Of a DNA stretch of 64,000 nt, positions 27,034 to 39,690 are shown one piece after another. The stretch is from assembly GCF_009914755.1 (NCBI RefSeq), contig NC_060927.1. One strand, given 5' to 3'. Positions within the stretch are counted from its first letter, which is position 1, and every line of letters begins with the position of its first letter. The notes beneath the pieces were generated by a model. The model did no database searches. It saw only the letters and a program-made list of their open reading frames with translations, and was not told where the DNA came from. The DNA is from the human T2T-CHM13v2.0 reference genome, Homo sapiens. The translations under genes and the position numbers were made by a program.

Positions 27034-27086
<53 letters not shown>

Positions 27087-27143
27087 TAGAAGGGGTTAGG
27101 ACTTCAATTTATCTTTTGGGGAGACACAATTCAACCTATAAAG
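26616..27143 (-). mobile_element. MLT1 (B/C-like) solo LTR
   Basis: TGTATTAGTTCCCTAGG...AAGTACCACAGATTGGGTGGCTTA...CACCCTAATGACCTCATCTTAA...GACACAATTCAACCTATAA. Confidence 0.85.
26985..27084. repeat. (TA)n microsatellite; pure (TA)24 at 27037-27084 preceded by GAC-interrupted units
   Basis: Direct reading. Confidence 0.97.
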
Positions 27144-27379
27144 GCTTAGGGTAAGGGAGAATTCCTTGAAACATAATTTTCTAGAGTAGTAATCATTTTA
27201 GATCTCTTTAGATCTCTGGGAATTATAGGGATACACTAGTAAATTTCCTAGCTAGAGTAAATAATTAAAAGATTCTCCAGTGGGGTGGGGGTCAGGGGAT
27301 GGAAAGAAAGTGCCTTATACCTCTAGTGGGTTTTCAAGTATCACCAAGGGAAGAGGATATGCAATAGGAATATTGAGAG

Positions 27380-27600
27380 GCATCAGTGAAGTTGTTAAGG
27401 ACAAAAACTCAAGAGCCAAAAGGCTGGTTCACACCCTGCTCCACCACTTCTAGCTATGTGAACTGTGGCACATTATTTGGTGACTCCACACCTCATTTTC
27501 TTCATGTAAAATGGACATGATAACACTACAAGGCAGCTGTAAGTATTAAATGAGCAAATACAGCACCTAGAATAATACTTTGTATGGTGAGGCATAGATT
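27380..27600 (+). mobile_element. MIR
   Basis: GTTGTTAAG...CCACCACTTCTAGCTATGTGAAC...CCTCATTTTCTTCATGTAAAATGG. Confidence 0.65.
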
Positions 27601-28377
27601 TAAAATGTTTGAAAAACAGTGAATTGGAGTAAGTTACTAATGAATACCCTTTGGTGATTGAAAAGACAGAGGAGGAAAAAAAATACAAAACCGTGACTTC
27701 ATGCAAGGGCTAGATATTTGAAACTGTTATTGCAGAGAAAATACAAACAAGGGAGCTTCAGATTCCAAAAGGAAGGTCAGGTGTTAGGAGAATACTAGAG
27801 TTGGTTAAATGCTACCTGATAATTGTCTAGTGTGTGACCTTCATGGTCTTTACCCAGGTAGTTGTATTTCTTTAAACTTTTATTACATTATAGCTTTGTA
27901 CCTCCTCTTTATTGGGTGGGATTTTTTTCCAGTGGGATTAGTGCCTAAGGGGAAATAACACGTCTCTCTTTGGGTTTGACCTTGCAAAAATTTAATTAAG
28001 TGACAGTAATTATCAGGCTGTTATTAACTTTGAAACATCTAAGGCTTGCATGCTACCCTAGAGGGTTTGTCTGAGTTTAGTTTTCACATATTCAGAAATA
28101 TTCTTTTTAAACTCACATATACAGTTGTGCTTGTGTGTGTGTGTGTATGTTTAAATTTACATGCTGTCAAAAATAGATTTTGACTGAACAGTTTCAATTT
28201 GGTCTTATACAAATTTGTTGAGTGTCCCCTCCGCCTCCACCTCCTGGATGGATCTGGATCTCCGAGGAGCTAAAGCTGGTCTCTGGAACTACATTATGTA
28301 AAAATCTGTCCCAACTACAGTCATTTGTCTCTGGGTCTTTGGACTGAGTTGTGGTCTCCTGTGGGTAAGCCACCTAG

Positions 28378-28398
28378 GTTGCTATCCATGGTGCTGAA
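28378..28398 (-). promoter_or_regulatory. Candidate REST/NRSF RE1 element
   Basis: Reverse strand reads TTCAGCACCATGGATAGCAAC versus consensus TTCAGCACCA(C/T)GGACAGC(G/A)CC. Confidence 0.55.
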
Positions 28399-30138
28399 TC
28401 TCCCCTACACAGGAGCAGGGGTGGATCTTTCTCTAAAGTGTCCACATTCCTGTAACAGCCTCATACCATGTTTCCCCTGAGACCAATTATAGCTTAATTC
28501 TCATATTTCTAATGACTTTCTGACAAATACCTACATTTCTTTTCTATAAACTTTTACTAAAATTTCAAAACATCAAAACCTGTAGTGTTTTTGAACATGA
28601 TCTTTGACTCCAGCAAGGACTAGTCAAATATCAGATCCACCATATGACTCTGGAAATCCATGTAACTACCATTAGCTTCTGTTTTTTCATCAATAAGGTG
28701 TGAATAATGATAGTATTGTTGGGATAATGTATGTTAAGAATTTAATACATTGCCCTAGCCCATAGCAGTGTGCCTAATCAGCATCACTAAATTTAGCTAT
28801 TATTTCTCATTACACATTTTCTAAGACCAAAGTCCATTTTATAATACAATGATGAAAAAAGTTACTTAGAGTGTTTATTTGTACCTCATTTTTCGAAAGT
28901 TGGAAATTATTTTATTAACTTAAATAAGAATTATTTGCTCAATCTTGGGATTCAAAATGAGAAAGAGATAGTTCAAATATATTTTTTCTAGCATCCCATT
29001 GCTGGTCTAGAGTGGTCTTATAGGTAAAGTAATCACCAGGTATATAAATACAGACTAGCTCCAAATTCTACACATCCAGCCATCTGATATTTGGATCAGT
29101 AACATCTACATTCAGCAGTAACACTTAACTACATACATGAATAATATGACATGTTAATTTTTTCAAACTTACTGTATATATGGCTTTGTCCAGTTCTTAT
29201 TTGTGGTTTTATTAAAGATTTGCCTCTACTTTTTTTTGGAAACAATATTTATATTTTATCTCTACTATGTGATTGTTACTTTCGTTTAGCTGCACAGGGC
29301 AAGGCACTTGAAAAAACTGGAGATTTAAAGTTCTCTAGACTCCTTTCTTGATTTAGCATATTAGTTCCATCTGGAGAGTTTAAGTATTCATGAGAAGGTG
29401 GGTTCCAAGAACTAGAAAGACATAAGGGGTGAGCTCCATGTGAGAAGGTGAGCTGAGGTCAGGATTAGTTATATGTAAAGATGCATAAGAAATGGCTAAT
29501 CAGTGTGCAAGAGACTCATAACTGCCCTTGTTACCTCACTGGTTTCTAATATGACTGTTTAAGCCTTCTTAAGTGTTCTGAAATTATTATATATTTTTAA
29601 GACAAAAATGCTCATTTTTACTATTGCCAAGTGTTGAATAAATATGTGTAATCACTCCCCAAAATGCCAAGCATAGTAATAAATCGGGTGACATAATGAA
29701 AATTTTACTTCCTAATTTGAAAAGGAGCCTCAAAATGATGGAGCATTCATGTGCTAAAAACCTATGATTTATAAGCCAATAATATTGTATGAATTCAGAG
29801 GACCCCAGAAGGCTTTATACTGAAGGTAATTGTCTTATATACACTGCTTGACATCCAAAATTTCACTTTATCTGTTGCATTCTGTCTTCATTAAAATGCT
29901 ATCACCCCTGGAGTGGTCATACTGTAAGCTATTGCTCTTTCATTTTAGTTTTATTAAAAGTTATTTGTATTCATTTTATAATAAATTAGAAACACTTTTG
30001 CTACTACTATTTCTTCCCTATACTACCTGTTACCTGTCTTAGTGAATTTGCTATCTCTTGTACAGGTCTATTACCCAGAATAGATGGCTTAGTAAGTTGA
30101 TGCCTTTATAACAAACAATTCAGAGGGACAAAAGCTTC

Positions 30139-30177
30139 TTATAAGTACCACATGCTAACCAATTGCACCACTGGAGC
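30139..30177 (-). pseudogene. Tailless retrocopy of the 5' half of tRNA-Ile(UAU)
   Basis: Reverse strand GCTCCAGTGGTGCAATTGGTTAGCATGTGGTACTTATAA versus recalled tRNA-Ile-TAT GCTCCAGTGGCGCAATCGGTTAGCGCGCGGTACTTATAA; 5 mismatches, all at CpGs; flanked by a TSD. Confidence 0.88.
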
Positions 30178-31269
30178 CACAAAAAAAAGGCTTCTTATTT
30201 ACTACTTTGTTCATGTAAAACTACATAATGCACTTTATAGTCAACAATAATGAGGTTGTTTTCATCATCCTCCTCCTTTACACTTGCATGGAAAATTTGT
30301 CATTCTCATCAAATGATTTCATCAGGAAGATAATGCTCATTTATTTTGATCATATGCTTATTAATGACACAGAGAAAGAGATGCTATTACAAACTGGTGA
30401 ATAGCTTGTCCCATCTCATACACACAAACACACACACACTCACTCACTCACCTAAAAGTAGCAGGTAGTTGGAAAGCTTTGGTTTCACTGGAATAGTATC
30501 TTAATTTAATATTCTAGCCTACACAGCTTGAATGATCTTCTTCCTTCCTACTGCTCCAATCTTTATCACCTTGCTTCTCCAGTATGTTACCGTTATACCA
30601 GTTGCTTCACATCCCTAGAAGCCAAGCTGGTTCCTGCTTCAGAAACCTTACCCTTGATCTGGAATGCTCTCATCACAGATCTGCACATTGCTAATTCTTC
30701 CTCATCACTTATATCTGAGCTCAAAAGTCTTCCTAATTCAAGGTTTACCTTACCCCTGGTACTCTGAATCCCACAACCCTGAAAGCTCTGTAAAAGTGAA
30801 ATATTTGTCTATTCTGTTTACCACTGGATCCTTAGTCTAGAACATACAAAGCATACGATAGGTGTCCAAGACATATTTTCTGAATACAATAATGAATTAT
30901 AAAATACAAAAGTGAAATAATAATCAATTATAATATGCCCAAAGATATCTAGTACCTTGAAGGGATAAGGAAGAAATAAGCTATAATAATTATTGTCACT
31001 TACTGAACACCTACAATAATCAAGGTATTATACCTCTTACCTCATTTAATACTAACACGAACTTTGTACCACAGCACTAATAAATAGCCAAGAGAAAATT
31101 TAACCCATGTCTATCCTATTACAAAGCCATGTAATTAGACATTGGGCACAAATATTGGAAGAAGCCCAGAATATTTACACTGAGAGACCCAAATACAGAT
31201 TTACCTACTAGCACTTTTCTATTTGGATGTTGGAAATAGCTATTTGTGCATGAATAATTTTCTCAGGAT

Positions 31270-31560
31270 TTGTATCATTTAGGATTTTGTTGGCAGTGGC
31301 AGAAGCTGCCACCTAAACTTACTTGAGCAAAAATATAAAATAAGTAAATGTATTGGCCCACAGAGTTGAACAGATGGGAAGGATGGCTTCAAAGGGGGCT
31401 CAACATGGTCCTCAAATCATGTCACCAGAACCCAGGTTCTCTCTTGATTTTCATACTTCACTTCCTTGGTGTTAATATGGCAGGATGTTAGTTCTAGCAG
31501 CTGCAGGGATTATATATTCCTTTATGTCAGTGGGAAGGAGGAAGTTTGCTTCCCCAGTAG
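31270..31560 (-). mobile_element. Old MLT1 (K/L-like) LTR fragment
   Basis: TTAGGATTTT...TGTATTGGCCCACAGAGTTGAA...CTCAAATCATGTCACCAG. Confidence 0.45.
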
Positions 31561-32321
31561 TAAAGACTACTGCCAGCCCACATGGCACTTTTGTGCAAAT
31601 TGCAAAAGGTAACCCTTTCTCGAGGAAATTTCCAAAGTTAGTTTATGATTAATTTATCAATAATTATTGAAACTTATATAAGCTACTCTACAAAATTATA
31701 CAAATCATACTGTTAGAAGTAATATAGTAGAATATGTAAATTTTTAAGATTCAAGTACACTCATATTAGATGTTACGTAAAAATTTCATGTCTTTTTTTC
31801 AGGAAAACAAATTATGATACTTTAAAAGCTTACTTGTACCAATAACCAAACCATAGACTTCACCACTTTTTCTAGTAGGAATGGAGATCTTAAGTAGTTT
31901 TTGTTTAATTTTTAGAAGCAAAGGTCTCGGCTTCTCAATTACCAGTATCAGCTAAGTCAAGTATACCCTAAATATTTTTAAATAAAAGTGTTTGTAATTT
32001 TTTCTGGTGAATTATTGCCATGAATATTTCAGTACTTCAACAAGAGATGTTCTAAATCTAAGAAAACTATGTATAAGTTTTAGTTCCTCATGTTCCTGAT
32101 GTTCCCCCAGTATCACATGACTATATTCCTTGGTAAATTTCCAATTTATAGTTTATATTGTTGAAGTAGTTCATATTCATATTCATTACAACTTTTCAAA
32201 TTATAATTCATATAAACACTATCATAAAGTTGAATCTTAAAGGTGATATATGTTAATGATAAATATAGTGAAAAAAGAAATTCATTTTAAAATTTAGTTC
32301 TGGATAATTTCTATGATCAAT

Positions 32322-32369
32322 ATAATCATGCTGTTTATATTTGAAATAATCATGCTGTTTATATTTGAA
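32322..32369. repeat. Perfect 24-bp tandem duplication
   Basis: ATAATCATGCTGTTTATATTTGAA x2. Confidence 0.95.
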
Positions 32370-32536
32370 ATGAGTCTAATATTTTCTATTCTGGAGAAGC
32401 CAATGTTAATGCTAAAAGATAGTGAAATTTATTTAGTTTCAATTGTGTGGTTTTTAAAATATTGCTTCATTTTTATTCAGAGAATTTTTTTTTAGTGCTG
32501 TCAAGTGTTTACGTATGCTAAATTTTGGTTGCTTAT

Positions 32537-34828
32537 TATATTAGTCCATTTTCATGCTGCTGATAAAGACACACCCGAGCCTGGGCAATTTAAAAAGAAA
32601 GAGGTTTAATTGGACTTACAGTTCCACATGGCTGGGGAGGCCTCACAATCATGGTGGAAGGCAAGGAGGATCAAATCACAACTTACATGGATGGTGGCAG
32701 GCAAAAAGAGAGCTTGTGCAGGGAGACTCCCATTTTTAAAACTGTCAGATCTCATGAGACCCATTCACTATCAAGAGAACAGCACAGGAGAGACCTACTC
32801 CCCACTGCCATGATTCAATCGTGTCCCACTGGGTCCCTCCCATAAAACGTGGGAATTATGGGAGCTACAAGATGAGATTTGGGTGGGGACACAGAGCCAA
32901 ACCATATCATTCTGCCCCTGGCCTCTCTCAAATGTCATATATTCACGTTTCAAAACCAATCATGCCTTCCCAACAGTCTCCGAAAGTGTCAATTCATTTC
33001 AGCATTTACTCAAAAGTCCATAGTCCAAAGTCTTATCTGAGACAAGCCAACTCCCTTCCACCTATGAACCTGTAAAATCAAAAACAAGGTAGTTACTTCC
33101 TAGATACAATGGGGGTACAGGCATTGGATAAATACAACCATCCAAATGGGAGAAATTGGCCAAAACAAAGGGGCTACAAGCCCCATACAAATCCAAAATC
33201 CAGCAGGGCAGTCAAATCTTAAAGCTCCAAAATGATCTCCTTTGACTCCATGTCTCACATTCAGGTCACACTGATGCAAGAGGTGGGTTCCCATGGTCTT
33301 GGGCAGCTTCACCCCTGTGGCTTCACAGAATACAGCCTCCCTTCTGGCTGCTTTCAGAAACTGTTGTTGAGTGTCTGTGGGTTTTTCAGGTGCAGGGTGC
33401 AAGCTGTTGGTGGATCTGCCATTCTGGGGTCTGGAGGACGGTGGCCCTCTTCTCACAGCTCCACTAGGAGTGCCCCACTAGGGACTCTGTGTGGAGCTGT
33501 GACCCTACATTTCCCTTCCACACTACCCTAGCAGAGGTTCTCCATGAGGGGCATGCCCCTGCAGCAAACTTCTGCCTAGGCATCCAGGCATTTCCATACA
33601 TCTGAAATGTAGATGGAGGTTCCCAAACCCCAGTTATTGACTTCTGTGCCCTGACAGGCTCAACACCATGTGGAAGCTGCCAAGGCTTGCAGCTTCCACC
33701 CTCTGAAGCCATGACCTGAGTTCTACGTTGACCCCTTTCAGCCATGGCTGGAGCAGCTGTGATGCACGGCATCAAGTCCCTAGGCTGCACACAGCACGGG
33801 GATCCTGGGCCCAGCCCACCAGAACCACTTTTTCCTCCTAGGCCTTCGGGCCTGTGATAGGAGGGGCTGCCCTGGAGACATTTTTCTCATTGTCTTGAGG
33901 ATTAACCTTTGGCTCCTCATTACTTATGCAAAATTCTCCAGCAGGCTTGGATTTCTCCCCAGAAAATGGGATTTTCTTTTCTATCACATTGACAGACTGT
34001 AAATTTTCTGAACTTTTATGCTTTGCTTTCCTTATAAATCTGAATGCCTTTAATGGCACCCAAGTCACCTCTTGAAGGCTTTGCTGCTTAGAAATTTTTT
34101 CCACCAGATACCCTAAACCATCTCTCTCAGGTTCAAAGTTCCACAAATCTCTAGCTCAGGGACAAAATGTCACTAGTCTCTTTGCTAAAACATAGGAAGA
34201 ATCATCTTTACTTCAGTTCCCAACAAGTTCTTCATCTCCATCTGATACCACCTCATTCTGGACTTTATTGTCCATATCACTATGAGCATTTTGGGAAAAG
34301 CCATTCAGCAAGTCTCTAGGAAGTTCCAAACCTTCCCACATTTTCCTGTCTTATTCTGAAACCTCTAAACTGTTCCAACCTCTGCCTGTTACCCAGTTTG
34401 AAAGTCTCTTCCACATTTTCAGGTATCTTTTCATCAGCACCCCACTCATGGTAACAATTTATTGTATTAGTCCATTTTCATGCTGCTGATGAAGACATAC
34501 CTGAGACTAGGTAATTTACAAAAGAAAGAGGTTTAATTTGACTTACAGTTCCACATGGCTGGGGAAGCCTCACAATTATGGTGGAAGAGAAAAACGAGCA
34601 AGTCATATCTTACATGGGTGGTGGCAGGCAAAAAAGAGAGCTTGTGCAGGGAGACTCCGATTTTTAAAGTCGTCAGATCTCATGAGACCCATACACTATC
34701 ATGAGAAAAGAATGGGAAAGACTTGATCCCATGAATAATCATTTCCCACATGGTCCTCCCACAACACATGGGAAATATGGGAGCTACAAGATGAGATTTG
34801 GGCGGGGACACAAAGCCAAACCATATTT
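32537..34828 (-). mobile_element. Full-length THE1A provirus (LTRs 32537-32909 and 34463-34828)
   Basis: Two direct LTRs with GGCAATTT...TTGGACTTACAGTTCCACATGG and GAGCTTGTGCAGGGAGACTCC; internal region is the reverse-complement homologue of the THE1D internal region; TSD CTTAT/CTCAT. Confidence 0.94.
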
Positions 34829-37800
34829 CTCATCATGTTGCTTATAACATTAATGTTGCTTAAAACATTATACCAAATTAACAGTAAACAATTACATTTG
34901 AAAGCAAATAGTTTTGAAAGTGTAACATTGTCTTGCATTCTAAAACCTATCTATTTAAACTCCTTACTTCAAATCATGGGCTATTTTTTGTCGTCCTAGA
35001 TGCTAGATAGGTGCAGTCTTGATTCTTAAACTTGTCTATCCCATGTCCAAGCATAATGATCTGCATATACCTTGTAAAAGAACAGTCTTTACTTTCATCT
35101 GTTTGAAAATTGTCCAAATGTGCTGATTTTCTTAGAACAAGATATTTAAGCATCATCTACCCCCGCAAAGTTGTTCAAATAAATATGGAAACCATGTATG
35201 CTGGAGTTGACAAAGTTCTGATAAAATAAGAAAAAAGTCAAAATAATGAAGATGTATCAATATGAATTGTATCCCCTCAGATGTATTATCTTTCTGCAGT
35301 GTACACCTGGACAATGGTATGCACCTCTCCTGAAAAGAGTACAGAAAATAAAAGCCCTAATCCTCACTCTCTTTGGCCCTAACTGGATGGACTTGTGTTG
35401 TTTGCCTAAATCAATCACTATTACTGGAACTTGAATTATTCTGATGGCCCTTGCCTCACTCTCAGGCCCTGGAGTTAAAGTCAATTTCCATAGAAGCTAG
35501 AAGTGGAGAAATGTGTGTTTTAATTTTATTTTAAGAAGTGGGTATGAATATTAGCCTGCAGATATCAAATATCCCTTACATGTTTGATTATAAAAATAAG
35601 TAGAACTGTAAAAAGGAATCCTTTTTTTTCAACATTAATCCAAGAAACAATTTTCATGCCATTATTCTGCCTAAAGGTAAATATCTAAGTATACCCTTGA
35701 ATAGGATTAAGATGGCTCCCATCGTTCTTGTTTATTTGGCTAGGCTTTAGGATTTTGTTCAGTTAGTGTTTGGTTGTTGTTTTTCCTATGGTAGTCTATG
35801 AAAAATCTTTAGGAGGAAACTACCCTTTGTATTGAACACCTGGTCCAATTAGGTAGCGATAGTTGACCTGTGAATGCATAGGTAAGTGTACTTTTTCAAA
35901 AATTAAATTCGTATTGGAACACCTGTTCCTGTCCATAGAGTTAATTGTATGTTCAGAACTGAGCTTTATTTGGAGACTTATTCATAAAGGGAATTAATAT
36001 CTGCCACTTTGCTACAGAGTTACAGCAAAGTCATACCACCAACACATAATCATTCCTGTCACTTCCTCAGTTCCCTACACACAGATTCTCCTGCTATTAA
36101 TGTTCCACAGATTGTTGTCAAATATACATCATTAGATAAGATAAAAATGATTGACAAATTTTTCTTTTGATGGGATTGCTTTTTGACAAAGTATCACTAT
36201 ATAGTACACATATTTGTGTGTCTACACATACGCAATATCATGATTTGTGATGGCTACTAGTCAATGAATAAGTCGCCTTTTCACTGATACTAGTGCTTTA
36301 TTTGTAAGTGCATTTAGCAAGTGCTTTTATATTTGAAATCTTAAACATTCTTTTTACATGTATAACCTGTGGTGAGAGATGCTCAGCCCAGCTTCCCCAT
36401 CTTAATGAAACAGGAGGAGCTTCAGGACGAAAAAGATCATAAATTATGTTTAAAGGAATTTTCAGGTCCATAGTTTGAGAAAGTTAGCTAAAGATTGACT
36501 TACCATAGTTATTCTTCAGTCATAAGATATTTATACACATATTGATATATTCTTATAAATATTATATATAATATTAATATTTATCACTATATAACATTGA
36601 ATAAGAGAAAAAGAAAATATATTAAGAAAATCATCAACTAGACACAAAATAAAGACTTTCTTCTCTGTTAAAGAGAACTTCAATAAGTAAAGGCTCATGG
36701 AATATTCTCCTGTGGAAATCATGAAGAAACAGAGGCCCCAACCATTTTTCTAAGAAAGGTTAGCTCTTCTCTTCCTGGAAGAGAGAATGCCAATTCACAT
36801 GCCCTTTTCCAGTCCCACTGAGCAATTAGATTTTATGCTTTCTGACTGGATATGGACAAAAGAGGAAAGTTATAGAATTTTCCAATTATATCAATTCCAC
36901 AGAAAACTTGTCCGAGACATGCTTAGTTACCAAGTACATGCTTGATTCTGTCATGTTCAGTTGTTGGTGTGGAAGGACATCATGTCCTCTCAGCTTGCTT
37001 TGGGAATGGCCTTTCTACCTCCATTAAGTTGTGCATGGAAAGTGTTAATGGCTTTGCTGGGGCGCGGAAATAGTTTTGGAATTGAGCTAATGGTGTATTT
37101 CCCCACCTTCACACCCTAAAAATTCTCCTAAAGATACATTACTCGGTTCACTTTATTCCTCCTATGCCATATGTGCCTAGCTTTAAAAATCAAAAATGTC
37201 ACTAAAGTTCCTTATATAGTTCTTTATATAGACTTTTGACTATCCTAGAATCTGACAAATCAAATCATTTTAATGAAGCACAGCAAACATCTCATGTTGA
37301 AACAGCTGTAAGCACACTATGCAAATTGTGTTTACTAGTAGCTTATGCTCCAGAGAAATAATCTTTATATGACTGCTTTATTATTTACAGTAGTTTTGAA
37401 ATTTAATTTTTGTCAACATTGACAGATGCCTTCCATGTTAATACTTGGGCTGCTATATATGGAAAAGGCTAAACATATGCAGAGATTTCATGTTTGTGAA
37501 CTGATAATGTGGTTGACAAATGGGTTTAACAATATCCAGTCATTTCTGGGCAGTCGATGAAATTCACCTGAGGTCTGTGAAGAGGAAGGTCAGAGGAATA
37601 TGAATGAAGAAAGAAGAAAGCAGTGGCTCTGGAGGGCCCTGCATATAATGAAAGCATGACAGAGGGTGATTAATTATATTTCAGAGCCAGATAATTCCCA
37701 GAGAATATGTGTGCATGATAAAAAGTTTCTAACCTTTCCAGTTGTAATTAAATGAGGGATTCACTGGCCTAAGCTGAGTAAAGGCTGTTTTGTTCCATAA

Positions 37801-38904
37801 CTGTACGAATGCACATAATGAAATAGTTTATTTCAAATGTGCATTTTTTACTGCCTGAGTTGTGAAGTTGACAAAACTGGATAATACCCAGGGGGTGAGG
37901 AGGAGGTTCAGTCCACTGGGGAGGACTCCCTCCCTTAGAAATGAACTGGTTAAATAAATTTAGAATGGCTTGGAAAATTTACCTGTCCTAAAATATCTGA
38001 GGATATACCCTCAGGTAAAAAAAGGAAATAGAAGTAATTCTTAACCAATACAGTTTCATGTAGCTTTAGATTTAAATCTTCTGCAGAATAATGTGTTTAT
38101 AATGTTGTTCGGGCTTTTCATAATGTTCTGCCTTTTAGGTGCTAACTTGCAGTGGTCCGGGCTTTTTCTCTCTTTTTTCTTGGCATCTCCTTTCAGACAA
38201 AGGAAAGTAATGGGTCCAGAAAACATAATAAAAACCTTTTAGTTTTTATGAGCTGGTTTGAGTGAATTCTGAATTCATTAGATTCCAATTTTTATAACAA
38301 ATATTTATTGACCACTTTGTACATGCCTGATGCTATACTAGGTACCAGGGGATTCATGCCAGACATACAACAGTGTCTGCCACATAGTAGGTCTCAATGA
38401 ATAGGTGTTGAATGAGTTGGTGAAGTTGAACTGTGTGTTAATATTTGAATTCAGTGGATTTGGTTACTTCTTGGTCTACTTTTCTAATATATGAAGAAAA
38501 AGTAGAGACAGCATAATGAATAAATATTTCTAAAGTGTTTTGGTTAATGACAAAAATAGCCCAATGCCTCCATTATTTCTGACTCTATTTTTTTCAATGC
38601 AATGAATTGCATTCATTCATTTTTTTGATAGCAGTATATGAGTGACTCAGAAGCAACTTAATATTTAGAATAGCTGGTACAGGATAAGACAAAAAGTAAG
38701 TCAAACTAAATACATATTAATTGAAGGGTCAATAATTTGGCAATGAGTTGTGGAAGGGAATGGTAATTGAGTATTAGGAAAAAGAGTTCCAATGCGTCAT
38801 TTAAAAGATTGTTGTTTTCTGGATATAATGATGGATATTATGTGTTTATAGGTCCTGCCTTTCCGAAGATTTTACAGAGACCCCTTTCTTCAAGTGAAAG
38901 GTTA

Positions 38905-39200
38905 TCAACTGTTGGTAGTATGCTGCATTAACAGACAACTCCTATCTCAGTCACTTGCCACAACCAAGTTGCCACAACCATCTTACTTAGGCCATATGTC
39001 AGCTGTAGCTTTTCTCCATGTTGCCTTCCTTCCTAAATCTAAGGCTAAAGAACCAACTTTCATATAGAACATTGCCAGCCACTGCAACAGAAGGTAAAGA
39101 GACCTGGTGAGCTATGGGCTGGCTCTTAAAATGCCTATAAGGAAGTGACACACAACACTTCCACCCACATCCCATTGGTCAAAGAAAGTGAAATCATTGA
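38905..39200 (-). mobile_element. Old MLT1 (I/J-like) LTR fragment
   Basis: TATGCTGCATTAACAGACAACTCCTATCTCAGT...GGAAGTGACACACAACACTTCCACCCACATCCCATTGGTCAAAG. Confidence 0.5.
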
Positions 39201-39303
39201 AAACTCCCTGCAGGCTAAAGTGTGCTCTGTTTTGCCTCCTGTCAGGTCCCCTGTACCTATCATGGTCCCTGGAATATGCCAGATGCTTAATAATTATTGA
39301 TTA

Positions 39304-39690
39304 CAGGACCAGCTACATCATTCACAGGCCCAGTGCTAAATGAAAATGGGATGACTTTATTCAAAAAGTAGGGGGGAAAGTACAATTAAAGTTACTCAAA
39401 TTAAAACTTCATTCTTTCTTCTGTAGTCTCTCTCTCTTCTGGATCTGTCGAGGTGGTTTTTATATTTGCTGTTTTTATTTATTATTTAATGTTGTACTTG
39501 TCCAGGTTTTAGAGACACTTGCTGATGAGTACAGATGTGAACAAGTGCCTGGGAGCCTGTAAATTATCCTTCCCACAGCCTTGAAATCCAACGCTTTGCA
39601 ATGTGTTTGGTACCAAACACATCAGAATCAGGGGTGGCCAAGTCGTCTGCCAAACTCACTGTGGTGCTGCCAGCTGGGGACAGGGCAGCT
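39304..39690 (-). mobile_element. MER45-family hAT-Tip100 element
   Basis: Begins CAGGACCAGCTACATCATTCACAGGCCCAGTGCTAAATGAAAATG, the reverse of the recalled MER45 3' terminus; right boundary approximate. Confidence 0.65.

Noticed and set aside
30139-30177. Functional tRNA gene
   Set aside because: Only the 5' half is present, with no B-box, T-arm or 3' acceptor strand; CpG-decayed and TSD-flanked
37330-37800. Homeodomain-motif-rich (TAAT, TGACAG) unique stretch as a conserved enhancer; similarly 27780-28030
   Set aside because: Such motifs are abundant in AT-rich DNA, and conservation cannot be assessed without alignments
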